DNA of 63,731 nt, counting the filler, from Octopus bimaculoides (taxonomy: Eukaryota), in assembly GCF_001194135.2 (NCBI RefSeq). It is 5 parts of 4 records of this genome, joined end to end, with 100 filler letters (N's around TTAATTAATTAA, not from the genome) between each part and the next. Parts side by side here need not be neighbours in the genome. Positions count along the whole stretch, not along the records: positions 27,294 to 40,340 come from NC_069000.1; positions 40,441 to 54,768 come from NC_068981.1; 3 more parts are not named here. The stretch is one strand, 5' to 3'. Made by a program: the position numbers and the translations under genes. Within the stretch, counting starts at the first letter, position 1, and each line of letters opens with the position of its first letter. The notes under the pieces are model-generated. The model was not told where the DNA came from. It saw only the letters and a list, made by a program, of their open reading frames with translations, and did no database searches. Below, one piece after another: positions 36,421-50,438 of the stretch.

Positions 36421-37249
36421 ACTAGTGTATTAAAGAACGTATGATGGGCCCACCTTCAAATATAAGATAGAGTGATTTTTTCGAGACATTTTTGGGGAAA
36501 ATAAAATGCATCTTATGTCATCAAATATGATAGGTTGTTATGAAACAAAAATATTACAGTTATTGTTATTGGATATATTTGTGCCATATATTTGGCAAAT
36601 GATGGCTGTTAATTACCTTCAGAACTCCCATTATATGAAGTTAGAGTTTGTTTTGTAAAACTAGAAAGTATAGAGGAAACATATTGATTATAATGTAGCA
36701 AGTAAATTGTGCGTAAGATACTTTCAATAAGCTTTTGTGATTAATTTATTATCTAAGTTTTGATCTCTGTTTATAGACTTGTGCTCTGTCATCTTCATAG
36801 AATTTAGTTCTTTTAATGTCCATCAACTTATAGTCTGTCTTCATAAACTCATAGTGTTAGGTTTCCATTAGTTTTTCATATTTATCTTTGGAATGTTTCC
36901 ATTTTGTCTTCTTTACATCGGAAATGTTTGCTTTAATAAGATAGCCGGAAGAGAAGGGTCATTACTCAGAGCATTTTCAGGCTCTCCTCAAATACTGATG
37001 AAGATGATGCTCACAGCACCTGAGTCTCCATTTTTAGGATAAACACATGTGTACTGAATTGGGGCTGCTATATTCCATCTCTGAATGCTGGAGTCAAAGT
37101 CTCATCCAGTGATGAAGCAACTCTGTGAGTATTTTGGTCCCTTTCATTCCAACACCAGAACTGCAAAGGGTCAGCCACTGATGTAGGCAACAAACTCCTG
37201 CACAGCAGCACAAGCTTTGTTGAGTTAGATGTTGTGACTCTGGGCCAGA

Positions 37250-37512
37250 TGTTTCTATCATCCTCAATACTCATAATTGCTACACCACTCTTCCTCACTC
37301 TTGAATCAAATTTAATGACTTGCTTTCTTAGAAAGGTTCTGACAGTTTTCTGGTGACCTCTTTTTTCTTCTTCACAACTAGCTAAAAGACTCCTAAGCAT
37401 CAAGTGAACCCTGATTCTCACAAATCCTCCAACACCTATGTCTACAGGAAGACATATTGTCTCCAGTCTGTTGTTTTCACAGAGTTCAACCAGCTCACTG
37501 CATTTTCTTTCT
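37250..37512 (-). mobile_element. Restriction-like-endonuclease C-terminus of a non-LTR element (Hero/NeSL-like)
   Basis: ERKCSELVELCENNRLETICLPVDIGVGGFV resembles RK..KY..LV..C...GW.....PVEVGCRGF. Confidence 0.55.
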
Positions 37513-37562
37513 TTCTTGAAAAAAAAAGTATCTTTGATATTTACATCCCAGGCAACTGTAGA

Positions 37563-37940
37563 GGCGCAATGGCCCAGTGGTTAGGGCAGCGGACTCGCGG
37601 TCATAGGATCGCGGTTTCGATTCCCAGACCAGGCGTTGTGAGTGTTTATTGAGTGAAAGCACCTAAAAGCTCCATGAGGCTCCGGCAGGGGATGGTGGCG
37701 AACCCTGCTGTACTCTTTCACCACAACTTTCTCTCACTCTTACTTCCTGTTTCTGTTGTGCCTATAATTCAAAGGGTCAACCTTGGCACACTGTGTCATG
37801 CTGAATATCTCCCAGAACTATGTTAAGGGTACACGTGTCTGTGGAGTGCTTAGCCACTTGCACATTAATTTCACGAGCAGGCTGTTCTATTGATCGGATC
37901 AACTGGAACCCTCGACATCATAAGCGACGGAGTGCCAACA
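37563..37940 (+). mobile_element. SINE family A copy
   Basis: ggcgcaatggcccagtggttagggcagcggactcgcgg...; aligns with 8650-9027. Confidence 0.92.
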
Positions 37941-38335
37941 ACAACCCAGGTAACTGTCAGCTCTACCATCTTTACCACCTTCCTTTCCTTGCACCTCGTG
38001 ATTAGGTCAGCTCTTTCCATGGCAAAAAAATGGGAAGTGATATACCTAATTGCTAACCAGATTTCTCTGGTCCATGACAGCATGGAACATAGACATTAAA
38101 TGAAGATGAAGATGACAACCACAGCTTTCAGCTTGATACAGCTGAAATGACAATGATATAAAAATGATGCTGTAACTTTTGAAAAGTAGTTGGGTCACCA
38201 ACAAAAGGGTTTTTTTTCCATATAACATTTCAAGAGAAAGTTTGCCTTGCAGACCCCTTCTTACTCACAAGATATTAGCAACAAGTTGTAAGCAGAGTTA
38301 AAAGAAATAATTGAAAGCAGTTTGTTCAAATATAT

Positions 38336-38732
38336 CTTTTATCTTTTACATGTTTCTGTGATTGGACTGTGGCCATGCTGGGACACTGCCTTGAAGGGTT
38401 TAATCAAACAAATTCACCCCTGTAGTTATTCTTTAAGTCTGTTACTTATTCTATCAATCTCTTTTGCTGAACCTGCTAAGTTACAAGGACATAAAGCAAC
38501 ACTAGTTTGCAAACAATGTAGAATGACAAACACTAACACAGGCATGCACGCACACACACACCCACACACACACAAGCTTCTCCACAGTTTCTGCTTACCA
38601 CTTTCACTTAAAAGGCATTGGTCGGCCAAGAGCTAATGTAAAAGAGGTTTGCCCAAGGTGTCATGCAGTAGGACTGAACCTGAAATCTCATGGCTGGGGA
38701 GCAAGCTTCTTAACCACACAGCCATTCCTGCA
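38336..38732 (-). mobile_element. SINE family B copy, diverged
   Basis: ggccatgctggg...gctgaacctgctaagttac...gactgaacctg...caagcttcttaaccacacagcc. Confidence 0.8.
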
Positions 38733-39407
38733 TGTATGCCTGGAAAAATATAAGACAGATGGTTACAGCTGGAATGCTTTTTGGGTCACAGATGGTTTTC
38801 TGAATTCGAGCCGACCTATGCTGCAGACACCATTAACAACAACCATAATCAATAGACCGAACAAAGGCCATAAAGTACACATCTAGCCATTGTGTTTCTG
38901 CTGTTATATCATCAAAGAGTTTCTGAAGACATCGACAAAGCCATTGATTTCATGCACTCTTTCTCTCTCTCTCTCTCTCTCCAGCAGAAAGTCAATCAAT
39001 ACCCAATACATTGGTCTTTGAATCAGTCTCAGAGTTTCTCTAAGATTCTAGTCATTCTATCACTCTCCCCTCCTCCTCCTCCTCCTCCTCCTCCTCCTCA
39101 TCATCATCATCATCATCATNNNNNNNNNNNNNNNNNNNNNNNNNNNNNNNNNNNNNNNNNNNNNNNNNNNNNNNNNNNNNNNNNNNNNNNNNNNNNNNNN
39201 NNNNNNNNNNNNNNNNNNNNNNNNNNNNNNNNNNNNNNNNNNNNNNNNNNNNNNNNNNNNNNNNNNNNNNNNNNNNNNNNNNNNNNNNNNNNNNNNNNNN
39301 NNNNNNNNNNNNNNNNNNNNNNNNNNNNNNNNNNNNNNNNNNNNNNNNNNNNNNNNNNNNNNNNNNNNNNNNNNNNNNNNNNNNNNNNNNNNNNNNNNNN
39401 NNNNNNT

Positions 39408-39800
39408 TCCCTCTCCCTTTCATCCACCTCTTTCTTCTTCTTCTTCCCTCTCCCTTCCCTCTCTCCTTTATCCACCTCTTTCTCCTTCCTCTTTTTCTTC
39501 TTTTCCTCTTCCTCCATCCATTTCTCCTCCGTTCACCATCCCCCTTCTACTGTTCCTCCTCCTTTCGTCCTCGCATTCATCCTCTCCTTCCTCTTCCCCT
39601 CCTCGTCCTCCTTATCCTTCTTCATTCGTCCACCTTGCTCTCCTCCTCATTTGCATCCCTTCCTAACCTTCCCTACCTTCCCCTCCTATCCCCTCACTCC
39701 CCTTCTCCATCACCTCCTTCTACCCTATTCCCCTCTCACCTCCACCTCTTTTCTTCTCCTCTTTCCCTTTCCCTCTCCCTTTCTCTCCCCTCTTCTCTCA
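39408..39800. repeat. Polypyrimidine (C/T-rich) low-complexity tract
   Basis: Direct reading. Confidence 0.9.
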
Positions 39801-40066
39801 CTTTCCACTGTGTTACATAAACCATGCATCCAAACCTTCCATTATCTTTTACTATTATCTCTTTCAGTCATTAGAGTGCGGCCATGCTGGGGCACCACCT
39901 TGAAGAATTCTTAGTTGACCCCAGTACTTATTTTTTAAGCCTGGTACTTATTCTATCAGTCAATTTTGCTGAACTGCTAAGTTACAGGGACATAGATCCA
40001 CCTGCAACGGTTGTCAAGCAGTGGTGGAGGACAGACACAGACATAAAGACACATATGCATAGATAC

Positions 40067-40099
<33 letters not shown>

Positions 40100-40101
<2 letters not shown>

Positions 40102-40301
40102 AATATTAATTGAAATACACAACCAAAAAAGCTACTGATAGTTTCATGCTATTATAATACTTGAACAGGCATATCTATAAAATACACCATGTATCTTAAA
40201 GAAATCTTTCAGGCTCTGTCGTATAAATATACCTGTTCAAGTATCATAAAAGCATGAAACTATTGGTAGGTCTTTCAGTTGTGTATTTAAATTGATATTT
40301 A
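40100..40301. repeat. Hairpin element with ~80-bp imperfect inverted arms
   Basis: tactgatagtttcatgctattataatacttgaacagg versus cctgttcaagtatcataaaagcatgaaactattggta; arms extend outward to taaatattaattgaaatacacaac and gttgtgtatttaaattgatattta. Confidence 0.82.
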
Positions 40302-40340
40302 TCTGTCGCTTGATGGAGTACTTTTTTTTTGTTGATTCCA

Positions 40341-40440
40341 NNNNNNNNNNNNNNNNNNNNNNNNNNNNNNNNNNNNNNNNNNNNTTAATTAATTAANNNN
40401 NNNNNNNNNNNNNNNNNNNNNNNNNNNNNNNNNNNNNNNN
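40341..40440. other. Artificial 100-bp assembly spacer
   Basis: N44-TTAATTAATTAA-N44. Confidence 0.95.
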
Positions 40441-40693
40441 AATTTGTGTATAGAAATTTAATTTGCGGTCCATGGGAAGAGCTGTTTTAACGATGCGTCC
40501 TGCCTAGCTCTTCGAAACGCCGGTGTTAAAACGGAGGTAGCTAATGAAGTAGAATGTTCTCTATGTGGCTTGTGTGTTTTCTCGTCTCTGTTTTGTTTGC
40601 AATGTCCTGTACCCAGATATGCACCTATACATACAGGTGGATGTCGGTATGCACATACCTGTGCGTATATATGCATATACTCATTTACTATTT

Positions 40694-40730
<37 letters not shown>

Positions 40731-41100
40731 CAAATACATTAAATATATGTATGTCAATATATATTTATTTATGTATATATATATGTGTGTGTGTGTGTAT
40801 ACATACGCACATACATGCACACACACATGTATGTGTGTGTGTGTGTGTGTGTGTGTGAGTGTATACACACATTTATGTTCGGCTAATCTACTCTTTCGTG
40901 ACTCCGTATGACGTTTATTAATCGATGTAATTCTTGTTGGAGCCTTCCTGCCCGGCGGGTAACTGTGGATCAGTCGGGGGCTGCTGGTGTGGGGTGTATA
41001 ATCGTAGCTATATACGTATATATATTCGCACACACACATACATATATATTCTTTTATTCTTTTATCTGCCATTTTACAGTAGCCATGCTGGACCACTGCC

Positions 41101-41137
<37 letters not shown>

Positions 41138-41140
41138 TTG

Positions 41141-41545
41141 TATTCTTTTATTGTTTCAATCACTCAGCTGCGGCCATGCTGGAGCACAACCTTTAGTGGA
41201 ACAATTAGACCTGAGGACTTATTCTTTGTAAGCCTAGTACTTATCCTATCAGTCTTTTTCGACGAACCGCTAACTTACGGGGACGTAAACACACCAACAT
41301 CGGTTGTCAAGCGATGGTGGAGGACATACACAAACGTAAACACACACATACACACACAGACACGCACAGACACACACACACACACACACATATATACGAT
41401 GGGCTCTTCCAGTTTCCGTCTAACAAATCCATTCACAAGGCTTTGGTCGACCCGAGGTTAAACATTAATGTGCCACGCAGTGGCACTGAACCCGGAGCCA
41501 TATGGTTGGTAAGCAAGCTACTTAGCACACAGCCACCCCTGCGCC
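41141..41545 (-). mobile_element. SINE family B, full-length copy
   Basis: Reverse complement of 22876-23294. Confidence 0.9.
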
Positions 41546-42594
41546 TATCTATCTATCTATNNNNNNNNNNNNNNNNNNNNNNNNNNNNNNNNNNNNNNNN
41601 NNNNNNNNNNNNNNNNNNNNNNNNNNNNNNNNNNNNNNNNNNNNNNNNNNNNNNNNNNNNNNNNNNNNNNNNNNNNNNNNNNNNNNNNNNNNNNNNNNNN
41701 NNNNNNNNNNNNNNNNNNNNNNNNNNNNNNNNNNNNNNNNNNNNNNNNNNNNNNNNNNNNNNNNNNNNNNNNNNNNNNNNNNNNNNNNNNNNNNNNNNNN
41801 NNNNNNNNNNNNNNNNNNNNNNNNNNNNNNNNNNNNNNNNNNNNNNNNNNNNNNNNNNNNNNNNNNNNNNNNNNNNNNNNNNNNNNNNNNNNNNNNNNNN
41901 NNNNNNNNNNNNNNNNNNNNNNNNNNNNNNNNNNNNNNNNNNNNNNNNNNNNNNNNNNNNNNNNNNNNNNNNNNNNNNNNNNNNNNNNNNNNNNNNNNNN
42001 NNNNNNNNNNNNNNNNNNNNNNNNNNNNNNNNNNNNNNNNNNNNNNNNNNNNNNNNNNNNNNNNNNNNNNNNNNNNNNNNNNNNNNNNNNNNNNNNNNNN
42101 NNNNNNNNNNNNNNNNNNNNNNNNNNNNNNNNNNNNNNNNNNNNNNNNNNNNNNNNNNNNNNNNNNNNNNNNNNNNNNNNNNNNNNNNNNNNNNNNNNNN
42201 NNNNNNNNNNNNNNNNNNNNNNNNNNNNNNNNNNNNNNNNNNNNNNNNNNNNNNNNNNNNNNNNNNNNNNNNNNNNNNNNNNNNNNNNNNNNNNNNNNNN
42301 NNNNNNNNNNNNNNNNNNNNNNNNNNNNNNNNNNNNNNNNNNNNNNNNNNNNNNNNNNNNNNNNNNNNNNNNNNNNNNNNNNNNNNNNNNNNNNNNNNNN
42401 NNNNNNNTATAAAGAGAGAGAGAGAGTGAGAAAGAGAAATATCTATTTGTACGTGTAACAATATATGCTCCTGTATGTATATATAAATATAAACATAAAT
42501 GTTCACATATCCATATATGCTTGTATACACATATTCATCAGTTATAGGGGAATGTATTGATGTGTGTGTATATGTGTGTATATATATGTGTGTG

Positions 42595-42625
<31 letters not shown>

Positions 42626-42759
42626 TTGTGTGTGCTTATATTTATATATATATAAATCAAAGTGTTATTAATGAGTGTGGCTCTATCCAGAAAAAAAAAT
42701 TTATAAGATCTCTCTTACTACATCAGGCTAACAGGATTTATTTTGATTTGTAAAGAAAT

Positions 42760-42930
42760 CGTTAGCAAGCCAGGCGAAATGCTTAGCGGGATTTCGTCTG
42801 CTGCTATATTCTGAGTTCAAATTCTGCCAAGGTCGACTTTGTCTTTCATCATTTCGGCGTCCATAAATTAAGTACCATTTCTGTACTGGGTTCGATGTAA
42901 TTGACTGGCCCCTTCCCCGCCATGTTTCAG
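42760..42930 (+). mobile_element. SINE family C copy
   Basis: gaaatcgttagc...aggcgaaatgcttagcgg...ttctgagttcaaattctgccaaggtcgactttg. Confidence 0.85.
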
Positions 42931-43639
42931 GATTAGTAAAGAACACCGAGTGCTCTAATGGCAGGATCCGCGGTTATAGCTCGTCACCCCTCCATACTGT
43001 AAATCCATGGTTGCTCTCCCAGTTATACTGGTCTTTTACATAGCGTGATTTACAAGACAATGCATAATAATGGTCATTATATATTCCTTTATTGTAGAAA
43101 ATTTGAGTTACTACTGTTTTGATAGTCATTATAGGTCGTTATTTATTGGTTTACTCTATCGTCCATTGATCGGTTGAGAGAAATCGAACGACCTAGAGAA
43201 TTAATGCTCCCTTCTGCAAAGTCATTGTGTTCTGGTGAGAAACAATCAGAAGAGAGGCAATAAGATGAGTGGAAGAGTTATAAAGAGGAATGGGAAGAAC
43301 TGATGGGCTGAAAACATAGAGCTCAAGGCAATATAAGGAAAGAAAACGAAGAAGAAAAATCAGAGAAAATAAAGGAGGGAGGCATGCGATGGAAGAGTAA
43401 AAACAGCAACGGGTAAGCCTTGGCCGGAATCAAATGGGTGACAGCAATAAAAATATCAGTGACCTTGGTGTGTTTAATTGGGTCATCACATTCAAAACGA
43501 TATGCATTGTCTTCAGGTCTGCTACTCTCCAGATAGTGTATTGAAATTTGATATAGGCCACTTACACTCATGGTCAACTTAAATCTTTCCACAGCTTTCT
43601 TACTTGGCTGATTGCTTCATAGTAGCAGAATTTCATATC

Positions 43640-43870
43640 ACCACTTTTGCATGCGTTATAACACTAGTTTTTTGTCTCATTTGATGTATGATAGAGTTTG
43701 ACACAGCTGCCTTCATCTGTACATCATTCCGTGACGTTGTAGAATGTCTAGTTCCTTTTTGAAGACATTCATATCCATATTTTGTCGTTTTCTGAATTTC
43801 TTTGGTACAGAATTGAAAAGATGTATGGACATATGTGTAGACACCTTTGTAGATATTAACGAAAATAAAG
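43640..43870 (-). mobile_element. CR1/L2-like LINE ORF2 C-terminal remnant
   Basis: HLFNSVPKKFRK...NVFKKELDIL plus, in another frame, VQMKAAVSNSIIHQ; resembles LFN.LP..IR...FK..LD. Confidence 0.65.
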
Positions 43871-43923
43871 TCTGATATGCATTCATAAGTATTTATAAAG
43901 ACACTCATTTTCTCACAGACATG

Positions 43924-43956
<33 letters not shown>

Positions 43957-44869
43957 NNNNNNNNNNNNNNNNNNNNNNNNNNNNNNNNNNNNNNNNNNNN
44001 NNNNNNNNNNNNNNNNNNNNNNNNNNNNNNNNNNNNNNNNNNNNNNNNNNNNNNNNNNNNNNNNNNNNNNNNNNNNNNNNNNNNNNNNNNNNNNNNNNNN
44101 NNNNNNNNNNNNNNNNNNNNNNNNNNNNNNNNNNNNNNNNNNNNNNNNNNNNNNNNNNNNNNNNNNNNNNNNNNNNNNNNNNNNNNNNNNNNNNNNNNNN
44201 NNNNNNNNNNNNNNNNNNNNNNNNNNNNNNNNNNNNNNNNNNNNNNNNNNNNNNNNNNNNNNNNNNNNNNNNNNNNNNNNNNNNNNNNNNNNNNNNNNNN
44301 NNNNNNNNNNNNNNNNNNNNNNNNNNNNNNNNNNNNNNNNNCACACACACACACACACACGCACGCACGTGCGCGCGCACACACACGCACACACACATAC
44401 ACACACACACACACTCGTGTTCTTGCATGGCTTTCGAAGTGTAATGCGATGTGATGTAGCGGTCACGAGTCCGAGAGATGCTTCGTTCATGCTAATGTTA
44501 CTATCTTCTTTGAATCTAAGAGAAACACACTTATGCATTGTCTTTTGTTGCAACACTGAACGTTTCACCTTCAGGCCTTCTTTCAGGTATGCTAGTCCAG
44601 CTGACTTGGGGTTTTATGGGAGGTTAGTAGGAAGTGAGTACTTCCCGAAGAGCAGCCTTCCAACGCATAGGATATTGTTTTCTTCGCTTTTCAGCACTAT
44701 GTTAATGTTTTGGGGGTTTTTATGCTTTTTGTTTTTTGCTTATTTTTGTTTTGTTTTATTTTCCTGCTTTTGCTTAGCAAATGCTGTCTGAGAGAGACTA
44801 TGTGATATTCAAAAGCTGTCTGCACTAATTTCAGACCCCTACTTCCTTCATCTCTTCTTAGGTAGAACC

Positions 44870-45155
44870 TGTCGATATCATTATTTTTGTGGATATTTAC
44901 AGTTCATGTTAGAATCTGATGGGTTTTTGTATGTATTGAGTGGATTTCTTCTACAGGCCAGTCAAGTATCCCAAATGGTAGAGTCAGCACTGGTACTGCA
45001 AATGCATTCTGGGATATTTTTTTTTGCTGTAAGGGAAATGTTTGGACTGCCATATTTTTCTTAGTCTGGTGTAATATTTTTGGTCACTCTATGCCTATTC
45101 ACAGCACCTCCTGTGATATATTTTCATCAATACCAAGGTACTTCTAGCATTCTTT
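44870..45155 (-). mobile_element. R4/Dong-like RT C-terminal fragment
   Basis: KYLGIDENIS and YYTRLRKIWQS, the same region as 54500-54590. Confidence 0.75.
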
Positions 45156-46415
45156 GTGTGGGACAAGAGAGATAGTGAGACCACTGAGGCAAAGGTTTTC
45201 TGGGGTGGGGGACTGATTTTCCCCGTTCAACAATTAAATAAAAACATTTCTCATGGTCAAATTTTATTCCTACATCAGCTGAATATGTTGTTATTAATTC
45301 CAGTTGTTTTTATCATTAACATTTTTAGCATAAATCTTGATGTATGTATATATGTATGAGTACATTTATATATATGTATGCCTGAGTGTGTGTGTATGTG
45401 TGTGTGCGTGTGTGAATGTGTGTTTGAGTGTGTGTTTGCGTGTGTGAGTGTGTGTGTGTGTGTGTGTGTGTCTCTGTGTGTGTGTGTGTATAAACGAAAA
45501 TGACATAAGTCAAATAATTCACAACAGCCAGTCGAACAAGAAAAACTGATGACTGTATATCCTATGAGATATAATATTCATACTTCATTTATTAAGATTA
45601 TTTCTAATTACAGTGGTGGATGACTGGTTGCTTGCAAATGAAAAGAGATAATCTGAAGAATTAACAATTCTTCATTATAGAATAGAGAGTCTGATTGCTG
45701 ACAACAGGTAAATATTGAATGTAGCTGTTTCAACTACAATATGCAGCATCAGCAAAGCAAATATGTTAACTTACATGTAGAAGATGAAGTACACATATAC
45801 AGAAACAATGTTGAACCCATTTATGCCATACGTAATTTGCATAAATGAAATATAAACGAACTAAGAGATATAGCTAAAACTGTCCAGTAACCGATAAGCA
45901 TTTGTTAAATAATATACAAATAAAATCTGGATGCATTTAAATTATCTTTGCTTCTATAAAGAGTAGTACAAATGTTTTTAGCAGTAGAATTAAATCGAGA
46001 ATATCGCAAAAAATCACCAGAATTAACATGCCATAAATTAACAGAGCAAGAGAAGAACTATGGATACGCTCTTCTGCCTCAATTGACATCATCAGCACAG
46101 CATCCAACATACCTGTATTTAGCAGACTCGGCAGATAGAAACATGCAAAAATAAAATAGTAGGAAACAATTGTGACCTTGGTTATTAACATAAATGAAAC
46201 GAAGATGAACTTAGGTAAATAAGAATGAGCAATGTCGTGTATTTCAATAACAAAGACGAAAAAGAGTATATAAACAGACAGGAAAAATTCGTGTTCTATT
46301 GAAATTATCTCCGTTTCCAGTAAGTGTACTTAAATACATGCACACACACTCACAAAATTTTATACTTGCACATGCATGCATAAAAACATGCATACAGCTG
46401 GAGAGTGAGTGAGAT

Positions 46416-46470
<55 letters not shown>

Positions 46471-47699
46471 TTGTAGGAGTGTCTAAACAACGTCATCATT
46501 GTTGAAACTAATTTCAATCTTAAGCACTGGAAAAATAAATGTACGATACTATTCTTTAACAGTAAATACTGTTTCTCATGTTGTACATGCATACTACTGC
46601 TGCATAGAGGTGGTCGGCTTGATCTTAATGAAACATAAATTAGCACGTGTGAAAGATAATTAATGTGATAAAGAAATTCCTTTCATTTTTTCTGTATGTT
46701 CCAGTTTTCTCAATTGGGAATTATGTATAGCTTTCTTTCAACTTTTTTCATGTTCACACTTTGTTGCCTTCTATATTGATTTTACAGTACCTAGAATAAT
46801 TGATTCGTCATTAAAATAAAAAATCGGTAAGTCACGCTTTCACTCAAAGACCTATAAGTATAAGCTGAAATTTCTGATGCCATACTGTCTAATGTGTATG
46901 TATGTATTTGTGAGTGACTGTACGTGTGTGCCTATGCCTATATGTGTGCGTGTGTGTGCGTATGTTTGTGTGTATTCGCGCGCGCCAATGTATGTGAGAA
47001 TGTATACATAGAAACGTGTATGGTTGACTTTCAAATTGTTTTACCTATGGAATTTTCCAATGCGAACATCCGTTTCGTTTGGCAAAAATCCACTCTCAAG
47101 ATTATCTGGATACGTACTAGATTCTACAACGGCCAGAACCACTTGTTGCATGTATGTACGAAGTTATGCATTTATGCACGAAATTATGCATTTATGCACG
47201 AAGTTATGCATGCATGTATGCATTTATATATGTATACACGCATTATTTCATATCACAAGAAATTGTAAATTGTGTTAAGTACATATCTCCCGGAAAACTT
47301 ACTTTCTTAAGGTTGTAGCCTGCAAGTGACAATCTCCATACACAGAATGATGTAAAAGTATGTTTGACTGTTAGGTATGTTCGTCCCTTTATTGAAATAA
47401 AAGAATAAGTGTACTGACTATATATAAAAGACATAAAAGTATAACGTCTTCACTCAGCGTACTTTAGCTCCGTTGCTTCGCAAGAATCCCGATACCTTTT
47501 CATCAGACCTCGTATGCACTCCGTCTATATAACTAATGATTATACAACTATATGTGTAACATGTTAGCTGCAACTGAAAAGGAAAACAATAATTTACAAT
47601 TGAATTCCTCTCAAGTAAAACTGGTTCATTCGAATAAAACAGAATATCAAATTGTCAATATCATGAAAATTATTTAATGAAATGTATTAAGGTCCCAAA

Positions 47700-48560
47700 A
47701 CAAATTTCTTTGAAACATTTATAAAGATTCTCGACTTTTGTTTACGAACGGCATCAAAACGCGAAATAACTCAAGTTTTCCTTGAAAAATATTGCTACTT
47801 GAAGGCGTGGAATTAAAGTTCTTTCAATGTTATGACTAACATCCAAACATTTAGAATAGAATCATCACTCAACTTGCTTATGGTAGACAGGGGATGATGA
47901 GATAGGAGTATTGTCTATCTTCAAGCTATCCAAATATTGCGTACTCAGACTGACAAAACAATATTATGCAGCATTTGATCTAGCCCTTCACATCACAATT
48001 CTTCACAAAACAGGGTTAATCTTAACTTCTATGCTAATAAAAGTACCTACGAAGCATAACTGAACCAATAAGTAACACTATCTTCGTGAATGGAATTATA
48101 ATTCTTGAAAACAAAACAACAGCAAAGAGATGAAGTGAAAGAATACCATAACATCAGATAATCAAAATATTTACTCAACTGAATCAGTTATGCAAATAGA
48201 TAGCAGTCAAACAATATATTAGTGAGTGGAACTGCTTGAAACTTTCAAAATGACTACACAAATATGAGCATCTGCTAGTACCATCATTTTACAATATTTG
48301 ATGACGGTTGGTGAGGAATAACATGTTTGGATTCTGCTAAGAGGCACCAACGAAAAGAATATTTTCTTATTGACAATCTGTTGCATGTAAAACTATTTCA
48401 ATCAAGAAAAAGAGGTCAGATTAGAGAGTGAGATTATTATCACCAAAATAGACAATTATTTAGCTGAAAATGCTAAACAAGTAATAATGGCTTGGATACC
48501 TTCCCATACAGATATTGAAAGAAACAGAAAATCACATTAATTAGCAGAAACAAATATACA
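47700..48560 (+). mobile_element. Highly decayed LINE with RNase H domain (I-clade-like)
   Basis: IMAWIPSHTDIERN at 48484-48525 resembles the RNase H motif W.PSH.GI.GNE; the extent upstream is approximate. Confidence 0.55.
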
Positions 48561-50393
48561 GATTACATTCCGAAACATTCGCAATTCAAATCATTTAGCA
48601 AAAGAATCAATATTCAATAAAGGAAAAATTCTGAAAAAAAAATCAAGAGATATCGAATATTGATCTTTCATTATCTTAGTGAAATGTACCAGCGTACAAA
48701 ACATCAAATCCTGAGCACAGCTAACAAAGAATTATTTGCTTCAAATTGGTTGGATTCCTTTGAATTATATTCGCTCACGTATGTGAACGGAATCTTCTTT
48801 AAGTTCTTGTGGAGAGTGTTCAGGAAACGTATGGCATTATTTGCTCCAATCCAAACAATACTGGTCTATTTTCTAAGTAATCTTTAAAATGCTACCGAGG
48901 TTGGAAATGCAATTTATTTTCGAGGATGCACCAACTATAAAAGTAGACTTTCGATTCGTAGAAATTCAAACAAAAATTAGCAAAAACATTAAACTGTTAT
49001 TTATCCAGTCTTCGTTTGCTATTTTATAATTCTTTGCATTAATATTTTGACTTCGTTTCTTCCTTTACATTTGAGGCATCATATACTTTTCTGAGTCAGT
49101 CATGGATTATCAGAATTACCCGGACGGTTAAATATATTACATAAATAGAATAAATATACAAATGTGCAAATGAGGCGAATCAGCCGTTCGTGTCATGGAT
49201 GGTTCAAGCTTTTACGTTTTGTATTATACTTTTGGTATGAGGTAAATAGTATATTGACACCACATAGTGAATAGCAGATCAAGGAAGCGGTTGTAGGAAG
49301 AAAAGAAAGGCTAATTGGACGTAAGGGCGATCAAAGGACGGTAGAAAGAAATATTTATGTAAACTCTGAGAAACCGAAGAAAGGTACCTGGAAAGCAATG
49401 TGTAAATATTGATAAGGCAATTTCATGAATATGAAAAGAAATGTTGATTGAGGTAATATAAATTCCATACCGAAGATTAGTTGTAACAAAGGAAAACAAA
49501 ATGTTGAGAAATTTCTGTTTCTTACATAAACATCAGGTTCTTACAAACTGAAAAATAAATGGGAATTCCTACGATATTATTGAGAACATACCAGAATAAT
49601 AAAATATTAGCTCTCCTTGTGAAAATATTAAATATATTGTCTGAAAACAAAAACAAATTGAGCAGAAATGCCTCTAATTTTTGGTTTAATGCACAATCTC
49701 TATAATAATATACAGTCTAAATAAATCGAGTCATAGATATGGAGACTAACACACACACGTTGAGAAATAATCTATGTAGTCCACTCCTGTAAGTCACCTT
49801 TCTTTCAAGTTATATTAAACCTATGTGGTTATAACGCAACAAATTAACTTTTCCATTGATGGCTGCGATATTTCAACCACGCATTTATAGCAAATTGAAG
49901 AAAACATAACAAAGAACATTTTAATGCAAGCATATTTATATTTTTATATATAAGAATGTCGAAAGTTAATGTGGAAGCGCTGCAAGTTTCGTTTCACTCA
50001 ACTCTTCATAGCCTTGTATTTCAGTAATTATTTTAATATTTTGTGAAGATTTTTTTGTTTTCCTTTTCATATTGTCAATTTAAGTTTATTTACTGTGTGT
50101 CTTCAAATATTAATTTCGGATGAGTTCAAAATTAGCTTTGTCGCCAGTATGCTTTCTCTATTCATATCTACAATTTACAAGTTGAACTACTTTGCAACAT
50201 ATATATGTGTTTATATATGAAGAAATTAAAAAGAGCCATGCGAATTCAACAATATACCTATTCACATATACATAAAGCTACGCATGCACGCACACACTCA
50301 TATAAGCATTTGAGTATTTATATCAAACATTTCAGTCTATCCAGCTAAACCAACACACGCGTGCGCACTCAGACACGTACATCCCCCCACCCC

Positions 50394-50438
<45 letters not shown>

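Noticed and set aside
43600-43870. Minus-strand stretch with AG and GTAAG boundaries, as a possible PDZ-gene exon
   Set aside because: It has in-frame stops, and the peptide matches a CR1-type LINE C-terminus.
45972-46154. 60-aa plus-strand ORF in unique-looking DNA
   Set aside because: It is short, with no recognisable motif or convincing splice sites.
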